Of a DNA stretch of 24,000 nt, positions 1 through 6,501 are shown piece after piece. This stretch comes from Candidatus Thorarchaeota archaeon (GTDB lineage Archaea > Asgardarchaeota > Thorarchaeia > Thorarchaeales > Thorarchaeaceae). Each line of letters opens with the position of its first letter. Within the stretch, counting starts at the first letter, position 1. Under the pieces are notes generated by a model. It was given only the letters and a program-made list of their open reading frames with translations. It searched no databases and was not told where the DNA came from. The stretch spans positions 1-24,000 of the forward strand of contig JAWAQK010000019.1 in NCBI GenBank assembly GCA_038893995.1. The letters are read 5' to 3'. Made by a program: the position numbers and the translations under genes.

Positions 1-21
1 AGCGTGACATTACGTCGCGAG

Positions 22-600
22 GTTTGAATCAGACTAGAAGTAGGGTTGAAACTCTGTTAGATACCCCACAGATTTCGTCGATATTTTCGTTTGAATCAGA
101 CTAGAAGTAGGGTTGAAACCTTATAGAGAGATAGCCCTCTGAGAGATCAGCAGAGAGTTTGAATCAGACTAGAAGTAGGGTTGAAACGACGATTGGCTCG
201 TCTGTTATGTCAATAGCCTCTTGGTTTGAATCAGACTAGAAGTAGGGTTGAAACGTGGAATAACAGGCGTGTATCCATCACATACCATTATAGAGTTTGA
301 ATCAGACTAGAAGTAGGGTTGAAACCAACGCATCGTCCCTCATATCTCGAGAGACCAAATGCTGTTTGAATCAGACTAGAAGTAGGGTTGAAACTACAGA
401 ATTTGCAGGAGGTCATCGAAAATACGACCTCCAGTTTGAATCAGACTAGAAGTAGGGTTGAAACGACATCATTGAGGATGTCAGGATCTTCGACTGACCT
501 GCGTTTGAATCAGACTAGAAGTAGGGTTGAAACTACGAGAGGTCTCCTCTTCGCCTCTCGTAGATACTCGTTTCAATGAAACTAGAAGTGGGGCTGAGAA
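22..600 (+). CRISPR. CRISPR array, leader-distal end; 8 exact 31-nt repeats plus 1 degenerate terminal repeat, truncated at the left edge of the window
   Basis: Repeat GTTTGAATCAGACTAGAAGTAGGGTTGAAAC at 22-52, 89-119, 157-187, 224-254, 295-325, 364-394, 434-464, 503-533; degenerate copy gtttcaatgaaactagaagtggggctgagaa at 570-600. Spacers are 36-40 nt and unique. The 3' end GTTGAAAC resembles typical crRNA 5' handles and decay is at the right end, so transcription is inferred on + with the leader off the left edge. Confidence 0.98.
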
Positions 601-606
601 ATGGTC

Positions 607-894
607 CTATCCAGTGCGTTTGATTATGTGGTATCCAAACTGAGTCTTTACAGGCTCCTCTGTCATCTGGCCCACATTCAGACTGAATGCAGCCCGTTCG
701 AACTCGGGCACCATTCTTCCCCTCTCGAACCAGCCCAGATCCCCTCCCCTCTTCTTCGACGGGCATGAACTGAACTGCCTGGCCATCTCGCCGAAGTCCG
801 CGCCCTCCTTTATCTTCCTTACTATCTCAAGGGCCTGGCTGTGCTTTTCAACAAGGATGTGACTCGCTCTGACTTTTCCGCCTTTGCTGCTCAT
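607..894 (-). CDS. Parvulin-type peptidyl-prolyl cis-trans isomerase (PpiC/rotamase domain)
   Basis: 95 aa; [66 protein letters not shown]...[14 protein letters not shown] is a classic single-domain parvulin. Confidence 0.95.
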   Translation of the reverse strand: MSSKGGKVRASHILVEKHSQALEIVRKIKEGADFGEMARQFSSCPSKKRGGDLGWFERGRMVPEFERAAFSLNVGQMTEEPVKTQFGYHIIKRTG

Positions 895-1028
895 GAAATA
901 TCACGGGTCACGAGAGCGCATACGCCCTTATGTCTGCTTCGATATTCTCCCTGAGGTAATATCCGGATTGTCATACGGGCATGACACGAGTTCTTTAGCA
1001 CCTCTGTACATCATCGTTTCGAGTCGGA

Positions 1029-1241
1029 ATGAGAATAGTCACAGTCTGTCTTCCCACGTCCTACGTGGACGGAATGGACCAATTGGTCGAGCGAGACATG
1101 TACCCAAGTCGCTCTGAGATCATAAGGATTGCCATACGCGACTTGCTCGTTGAAGAACTGTGGTCCCGTGGCCAAGAGAAGAGGCCTGTGTCTGATTTGC
1201 AGAGGAAGGTCACCTCGGTGAAGGAGCGCATTCAGGAATAG
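1029..1241 (+). CDS. Ribbon-helix-helix (CopG-like) transcriptional regulator
   Basis: MRIVTVCLPTSYVDGMDQLVERDMYPSRSEIIRIAIRDLLVEEL matches the beta-strand plus helix-helix RHH pattern. Confidence 0.85.
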   Translation: MRIVTVCLPTSYVDGMDQLVERDMYPSRSEIIRIAIRDLLVEELWSRGQEKRPVSDLQRKVTSVKERIQE

Positions 1242-1340
1242 TCGACGCTCGTCTACAGAAGAGATTTGTTTTTCTGCTGCTGTCTATCATTATCTTTCAA
1301 CAAGCCATTTCTGTATGCAGCTCATAGGAGTAGGACCTAG

Positions 1341-1934
1341 ATGTCGATACGAAGGTTTCTCAGGCGCCTGATGAAGATGGAATCGGAAGAGGCCGAGTCG
1401 GAAGCACCAACTGGTGAGAGTGAGCAGACTACTGTGTCTCAACCAGTGGTGGCCCAACCACAGGTGACCTCAGAGGCTCCCGCAACCGTCGAGGAAACTG
1501 CGGAGGAGGTCACTGAGGAAGTCGAGGAGGGGATGCCACCGCACACGCGACTCATCGACAGAATAATGTACATCCTCAACGACCCTGCGATGTCGTCCAC
1601 CATAGCGGGACCCGATGAGTTCACGGTGGAATTCCTGGCACTTGGGGAGCGGTTCTGGATTCGCAAGACTGCAAATGGTCCTATCGAGTCCGGAATCGGT
1701 GCGGTGTCTGATGAGGATGTATACATCAGGATCTCAGACTCGGTAGTCAGAGAGCTCCTGTCAGTCCCCACTTTCGAGGAATTCGTAAGGGTCTACCTCA
1801 AGTATTATAGGTCCCCTGGAGAACGATCATTCGTCAAGGTTGAGCTCAGAAAGGACATCACCAGCCTCAACAAGATGGGCTATGCTCGTGTTCCTCTACT
1901 GAAGCTCTTCATTGGTAACATGAGATGGCGATAG
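1341..1934 (+). CDS. Hypothetical protein: acidic/Pro-rich N-terminal linker followed by a globular domain, tentatively SCP2-like
   Basis: Complete 197-aa ORF with ATG and a nearby GGAG. C-terminal half (FTVEFLALGERFWIRKTANG...DVYIRISDSVVRELL...VKVELRKDITSLNK) resembles SCP2-type beta/alpha architecture by eye only. Confidence 0.6.
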   Translation: MSIRRFLRRLMKMESEEAESEAPTGESEQTTVSQPVVAQPQVTSEAPATVEETAEEVTEEVEEGMPPHTRLIDRIMYILNDPAMSSTIAGPDEFTVEFLALGERFWIRKTANGPIESGIGAVSDEDVYIRISDSVVRELLSVPTFEEFVRVYLKYYRSPGERSFVKVELRKDITSLNKMGYARVPLLKLFIGNMRWR

Positions 1935-2020
1935 TCTGCACGTCGGAATCTTAATAGGTTCCTGGCAGTGGCTACTCTTCAAGTCCCTGGGTAGCCCGAT
2001 TACAGCTCAGAGGAAGGTTC

Positions 2021-2704
2021 GTGATGGAGATCAAGTTACCCCTAGTAGTGATCAATTTCAAGACTTACCCACAGGCATCAGGCGAGCGAGGCCTCCTGCT
2101 CGCACAGACATGCGAGGCCGTTGCAAAGGAGTATGGTGTCTCAGTTGCCGTGGCCCCTCAGATACCGGACCTCTATCCCATCTGTCGCGGTGTTGACATC
2201 CCTGTCCTGTCTCAGCATATGGACTCGGTAGAGCCGGGTCAGAACACAGGTCACATAGTTGGTGAAACGCTGGTGGAGATAGGCTGCAGGGGCACCCTCC
2301 TGAACCACTCTGAGAGACGAATGTTGCTCGCCGATGTCGAGGGTGCCGTACGTAGGGCAGAACTGCTCAATCTCATGTCCATAGTCTGTACGAACAACGT
2401 GATGACTAGCGTTGCTGCTGCAGCAATGCGTCCGAACGCGGTCGCAATTGAGCCTCCTGAACTCATCGGAACGGGCGTATCTGTTTCCAAGTCCAAACCT
2501 GAGGTCGTGGCCGGCACAGTTGCAGCCATAAGGAGTGTCAACAAGGATGTGGTGATACTCTGCGGAGCTGGCATCTCCAACGGCGAGGACGTGCGGGCCG
2601 CCATAGATCTTGGGACTCAGGGCGTACTGCTGGCCTCCGCTGTCACCAAGTCAAACAGACCTGCAGATGTTCTCAGAGACCTGCTGGCTCCACTCAGAGA
2701 GTGA
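2021..2704 (+). CDS. tpiA: Triosephosphate isomerase (short archaeal form)
   Basis: VVINFKTYPQASG...LSQHMDSVEPGQNTGHI..., TLLNHSERRM, AIEPPELIGTG, VLCGAGISNGEDVRAAIDLGTQGVLLASAVTKS. Start GTG 2021 or ATG 2024. Confidence 0.97.
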   Translation: MMEIKLPLVVINFKTYPQASGERGLLLAQTCEAVAKEYGVSVAVAPQIPDLYPICRGVDIPVLSQHMDSVEPGQNTGHIVGETLVEIGCRGTLLNHSERRMLLADVEGAVRRAELLNLMSIVCTNNVMTSVAAAAMRPNAVAIEPPELIGTGVSVSKSKPEVVAGTVAAIRSVNKDVVILCGAGISNGEDVRAAIDLGTQGVLLASAVTKSNRPADVLRDLLAPLRE

Positions 2705-2741
2705 TCTGGCAGCAAGCATTCGACATGGACGGTCTGGAGAG

Positions 2742-3632
2742 TTGAAGGTAGCGCTCGAGTGTTCTCATTGTCTTCTGAAGAGGGCAGTAAACCAGGCTCG
2801 GCTGGCGAGTGATGACCCTGAGATACAGATGGCCGTTATTGCTGAGATGACCCGTTTCCTGGGAGAGGCCCTCACGCCCGGCTCTGTTCCGAGCCACATT
2901 GGTACTGACCGTGATCTGCTTGTTCAACGCATCACCGGCAAGGACCCGTACCTACAACTCAAGATAGAGTCTAATCGCATGGCGCTCGGCCTGCTCCCCG
3001 ATCTGGAGAAGGCAGTAGCAACCTTAGATGGGCCTGAGAAGCGTTTCAGAATGGCCACACTCATTGCAGCCGCCGCGAATGCCATCGAGTTTGACGTTGC
3101 GGGGAGAGAGTTCAGTCTCGATGACCTGAAGGCATTGGTCCGTGATGTTGAGGGGGAACTCGCCATCGATCATATTGACCGGTTTCGTGAGCTGTGCCTG
3201 GGCGTCAGTGAGGTCTTGTACCTGATGGACAACGCTGGCGAGATTGTACTCGACACGCTCCTGATTCGAGAGATTCAGCAGGCCGGGCCCTCAGTGGTTG
3301 CCGTGGTGAAGGGTGGTCCTGTCCTGAACGACGCCACGATCGATGACGCGGAGATGGTGAATCTGAGTCGGTATGCTGACAGGGTCGTGTCAACAGGTAC
3401 TGCAGCCATAGGCGTCAACCTGGAGCGCAGTTCTCGCGAGTTCGTTTCGATGCTTGAATCAGCACAACTGATTGTTGCAAAGGGAATGGGCAACTACGAG
3501 TCTCTCACAGAGATAGAGACTGGCTGTCCAGTCGTCCACATACTGCGGACCAAGTGCGACCCCGTCGCCAGACACATCGGAGTACCACGCAACGTGAATG
3601 TCATACTTGTCAGGGAACCGAGAGTGACCTGA
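2742..3632 (+). CDS. DUF89 / ARMT1-like damage-control phosphatase family protein
   Basis: Motifs LYLMDNAGEIVLDTLLIREI, VVKGGPVLNDATIDDAEM and IVAKGMGNYESL. The supplied ORF opens at 2610 inside tpiA; TTG at 2742 before LKVALECSHCLLKRA is the likelier start. Confidence 0.88.
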   Translation: MKVALECSHCLLKRAVNQARLASDDPEIQMAVIAEMTRFLGEALTPGSVPSHIGTDRDLLVQRITGKDPYLQLKIESNRMALGLLPDLEKAVATLDGPEKRFRMATLIAAAANAIEFDVAGREFSLDDLKALVRDVEGELAIDHIDRFRELCLGVSEVLYLMDNAGEIVLDTLLIREIQQAGPSVVAVVKGGPVLNDATIDDAEMVNLSRYADRVVSTGTAAIGVNLERSSREFVSMLESAQLIVAKGMGNYESLTEIETGCPVVHILRTKCDPVARHIGVPRNVNVILVREPRVT

Positions 3633-3634
3633 GT

Positions 3635-4468
3635 TCACATCCTGCTGGGACTCACGAGAGTCTTGTACACCGGTTGTGACTCCACGAACTCCACACTTAT
3701 GTCCTTGAACTCGAGGCTCATCTGGTATCGCAACCTCTTCATTCCTGGTTCAGTTGTGGTGACACTCCCTACCTCAAGGGTCGATATGCCCCTCTCATGG
3801 GCGAATGTCCTGGCATCTGGCGCTAAGTCCCCCGTGATGATTGTCCTCAAGTCACTCTCAGCTGCACCGAGTATCTCCGTTACACCCAGCTGGATGCCTG
3901 CCACAACGAGGAATTCCCCCACATTGTCGTCCAGGTTGCCAGAGAAGATGACCTGCTCGATCCCCAGTTTCGCCATCACCCTGTCTGCAAACAGGGAGTG
4001 GTTCATCTCATCCTCAAGTCTGCAGATCCTTCCGATAGGAACATCCGTCCTGTAGTCGCCCTCGACTCCAAAATTACGCACCACTGATGCCCCCAGCCTC
4101 TCAGCAAGCGCATCGCTAAGACCATCTCTTGCTGAGACGAATGCAGTCCCGATGTAGTAACTGGATATGTAGTTCTTGGACAGAAGCCTGACCCTCAGGA
4201 GGTCGTGTTCTGCCAGTCGATCCACTGGACGCGGAAAGAGTGGAAACGCCGTGATCATCAGATTGGCCTTCTCTTGGCTTGCCCTCGCAACGTTCCGTGA
4301 CGATGGATAGCTTGTTATCATGATCCTTCGAACAGCAGTGTTGGACTGTTCTGTTTCAGTCTGGGGACCGATCTCCAATCGATCAGTCAGTCCCCCGACT
4401 GTGAGTTCTACAGGTGCTATCTGTCTGAGGTATTTCACGACCTCTCTGACTGTATGCATTTGATCCAC
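3635..4468 (-). CDS. NIF3-like dinuclear metal-centre protein
   Basis: 277 aa; overall NIF3/YqfO-like pattern: VREVVKYLRQIAPVELTVG... start, LLRVRLLSKNY, LGVTEILGAAESDLRTIITGD, RTFAHERGISTLEVGSVTTTEPGMKRL. Confidence 0.75.
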   Translation of the reverse strand: MDQMHTVREVVKYLRQIAPVELTVGGLTDRLEIGPQTETEQSNTAVRRIMITSYPSSRNVARASQEKANLMITAFPLFPRPVDRLAEHDLLRVRLLSKNYISSYYIGTAFVSARDGLSDALAERLGASVVRNFGVEGDYRTDVPIGRICRLEDEMNHSLFADRVMAKLGIEQVIFSGNLDDNVGEFLVVAGIQLGVTEILGAAESDLRTIITGDLAPDARTFAHERGISTLEVGSVTTTEPGMKRLRYQMSLEFKDISVEFVESQPVYKTLVSPSRM

Positions 4469-4651
4469 CGGTCTTCAGTCTGACACTAGTATCAGCTGGG
4501 GCTGCAGATGATATGTGAATCTCCGCATAGCATGCTCCTAAGTGTTACTATCGAGTAGTGGCCGAGTGGATGCGACCTGTATTGTTGAGGCCAGCCCAGG
4601 ACGACCCTCTTGAGATAGGTCCCACAATTGTCATCTGGCGGTCTTCTCAGA

Positions 4652-4767
4652 CTCCAGTCTGGAGGTTCCTGCGAGCAGATCTGTGACTACCATCACTCTG
4701 CTGCAACACGTGTTGCGGTCCTGAGGGTGGCTCTCCGGAGCAGACGGAGCTCAGTCCGGAACCGTCT
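4652..4767. repeat. Cluster of inverted repeats/palindromes in an intergenic region
   Basis: ctccag-t-ctggag 4652-4664; perfect 14-nt palindrome gcaacacgtgttgc 4703-4716; ctccggag 4733-4740; agacgg (4742-4747) with ccgtct (4762-4767). Confidence 0.6.
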
Positions 4768-4971
4768 CATCCTACACATACGTCTGAGATCTAGGACCGA
4801 AGGGTTCTGTCTCTTTCTCAATGCGGTCATCTGTCGCTTGAGTCTCTTCTCCTTGTTCAATGTGTGACCCTCCGTGGGTCACTCCATGATGGTCTCATTA
4901 TAACAGTATCGCAGGTGGGCAATCCTTTTCTCGGCAGGGATTCAAGCTCCAAGAAGTGCGATCCAATCGGG

Positions 4972-5496
4972 GTGCACAGGACATTGAGTGCTCGTCGTAC
5001 AGTCAGCATTAGGCTCAGACTCGAGAGCGATATCATTGAGAGGATTGACATGGCGGCGGGACCTGATCGCAGGCTCAAGTTCATTCGAGATGCGATCCTC
5101 TGGCGTCTCGACCAAGATATACCTCCCGTTGTGTTAGACCTCGCCCGTGAGCTGGAGCAACTGCGGCGTCGGGTCGAGAACCTCGAACGGGCTCAGTCCC
5201 CGTCGCTTCAGAAGGCTCTCTTAGGGAGCACATCTTCCTCTCGCTTGTGCAGGGATGAGCTCGATCGTAAGATCCTGATACAACTGCTCCAACAGCAGGC
5301 CAGCACGACCACTGAGCTCGCAGAGAGTCTCCTGGGGTCTGCCTCGAAACGGACTACTATCCTCAACAGGATCAAGTGGATCAATGCACAGGCCAGAGCG
5401 ATTCATGGCCGCGATCTGCTGGTTCAGGAGCGGGGTGTAGTGGACGGAAAGCGCGGTGCCTGGCGCATCTCGGAGCCCGACCTATTGACATCCTGA
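4972..5496 (+). CDS. RHH-like DNA-binding protein with C-terminal winged-helix-like region
   Basis: RRTVSIRLRLESDIIERIDMAAGPDRRLKFIRDAILWRL is RHH-like; the C-terminus DRKILIQLLQQQASTTTELAESLLGSASKRTTILNRIKWINAQ looks wHTH-like. GTG at 4972 is a plausible start; the track ORF opens at 4864. Confidence 0.65.
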   Translation: MHRTLSARRTVSIRLRLESDIIERIDMAAGPDRRLKFIRDAILWRLDQDIPPVVLDLARELEQLRRRVENLERAQSPSLQKALLGSTSSSRLCRDELDRKILIQLLQQQASTTTELAESLLGSASKRTTILNRIKWINAQARAIHGRDLLVQERGVVDGKRGAWRISEPDLLTS

Positions 5497-5530
5497 ATCC
5501 CTTGATACTAGGACTGTCGTGAGCACAAAT

Positions 5531-5538
5531 GTTTAAAC
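5531..5538 (+). promoter_or_regulatory. Candidate TATA box for the first tRNA-Arg gene
   Basis: gtttaaac about 24-31 nt upstream of tRNA position 1 (5562). Confidence 0.5.
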
Positions 5539-5561
5539 CGCAGTAGGAAGACGAGGCAGCT

Positions 5562-5699
5562 GGGGCCGTAGTCTAGTTTGGACCTGCGACACATTGCGGT
5601 CGCCGGGCACAGATAAGGCACCAGCCTCCGGGCGATCGGATCTGGTCCTGATCGGTGGAAAGTTGGTAGTCGCCGGTTCAAATCCGGCCGGTCCCGCCA
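5562..5699 (+). tRNA. tRNA-Arg (anticodon CCG) with two introns: 5582-5612 in the D-loop and 5632-5660 at position 37/38
   Basis: Exons give GGGGCCG TA GTCT AGTTTGGATA AGGC A CCAGC CTCCGGA GTTGG TAGTC GCCGG TTCAAAT CCGGC CGGTCCC G CCA, a complete cloverleaf. Both introns fold into BHB-like motifs. Confidence 0.9.
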
Positions 5700-5870
5700 C
5701 AATCTTCTGATGCAGCTATCTTCTCTCGGTCAGTCTGGGCTTAAATAGACTGCAAGCGACAACCTATCGGTCGTGTCCACAGTCTGTTCTGCGTGAGTGA
5801 CCCTGTGTTGGGCTCATGATGTGCGGGTCATCCTGTGGACAGCCGGACCACTGATTGACGGAGGCTTCGT

Positions 5871-6071
5871 GTGTTGTACCAGTCAGGAACAGATGTACGG
5901 GAGATTGCGGACAGATTTGCTGATCATCTGCGGGGTGAGAAGGGCAGGATCGTGATGGAGAATCTTGCGGAGGGCGAGAGCTTCATAGTTCACACATCTG
6001 AGATGCGTCTGCTTGTGACGAAAGTCAAGGGTGAACTGGAGGTCCGAGTCCTCGAACGTGACTCTACATGA
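5871..6071 (+). CDS. Small hypothetical protein (66 aa)
   Basis: GTG start with GGAGG about 6 nt upstream; soluble-looking sequence (GRIVMENLAEGESFIVHTSEMRLLVTKVKGELEVRVLERDST). No recognised family. Confidence 0.5.
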   Translation: MLYQSGTDVREIADRFADHLRGEKGRIVMENLAEGESFIVHTSEMRLLVTKVKGELEVRVLERDST

Positions 6072-6102
6072 GCCATCCTCGTGTAGGACTTAGCGAAGAG
6101 TC

Positions 6103-6109
6103 TATAAAC
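6103..6109 (+). promoter_or_regulatory. Candidate TATA box for the second tRNA-Arg gene
   Basis: tataaac about 22-28 nt upstream of tRNA position 1 (6131). Confidence 0.55.
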
Positions 6110-6130
6110 ACAGATGAGCGGTTGGTTGGC

Positions 6131-6268
6131 GGGGCCGTAGTCTAGTTTGGACCTGCGACACATTGTGGTCGCCGGGCACAGATAAGGCACCAGCCTGCGG
6201 TCCGCCGAGAGCATTGTTCGGCAGCAGACAGTTGGTAGTCGCCGGTTCAAATCCGGCCGGTCCCGCCA
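6131..6268 (+). tRNA. tRNA-Arg (anticodon GCG) with two introns: 6151-6181 in the D-loop and 6201-6229 at position 37/38
   Basis: Exons identical to the 5562-5699 tRNA except position 34 (G instead of C). D-loop intron differs from the first copy at one base. Anticodon-loop intron has the same length (29 nt) but unrelated sequence. Confidence 0.9.
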
Positions 6269-6501
6269 CCTCTGTCTATGGGAACCCAGGAGGAGGCCCA
6301 CAACACCGTTTCTCGTGGGTTGGGTGGTTGCCATGTGAATCGAGGCCACGAGATACGTCATACGGACATCGATCTGGGTCTCATATACATGTTCATGGGC
6401 AGTCAACAGGAATTGCTACACCCGAGTGCCGAGGTTGCCCGATTCTGAAGTGGCTGCCGGTTCTGTGGTGGTAGGGGTCCATATCGAGGAGGACGAGTCC
6501 G

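Noticed and set aside
388-579. 63-aa ORF MKLQNLQEVIENTTSSLNQTRSRVETT...
   Set aside because: It is a translation of CRISPR repeats (repeating LNQTRSRVETT); not a gene.
1-1241. Search for cas genes beside the CRISPR array
   Set aside because: Only a parvulin and a small RHH gene lie next to the array. Cas genes, if linked, must be off the left edge, so CRISPR type cannot be assigned from this window beyond repeat style.
4558-4640. Possible tRNA-like start 'ggccgagtgg' typical of class II tRNAs
   Set aside because: No acceptor-stem partner and no GGTTCGAATCC-type T-arm could be found downstream.
4628-4867. 79-aa plus-strand ORF
   Set aside because: Low-complexity Arg/Leu/Ser composition across the palindrome-rich region; no ribosome-binding site or recognisable domain.
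5562-5612. Possibility that the tRNA-like sequence is an aberrant tRNA (e.g. Val-like D-arm GTC...GAC using 5588-5590) rather than an intron-containing tRNA-Arg
   Set aside because: That reading leaves no valid anticodon arm. Removing 5582-5612 gives a textbook D-arm (GTCT...AGGC with G18G19 and A21) and a CCAGC/GTTGG anticodon stem.
5990-6406. Minus-strand 138-aa ORF (and 5508-5702 -, 6163-6474 +)
   Set aside because: They run across the tRNA-Arg genes; the similar peptides GQRWRDRPDLNRRLPT in the two minus ORFs come from the duplicated tRNA exons read in antisense.
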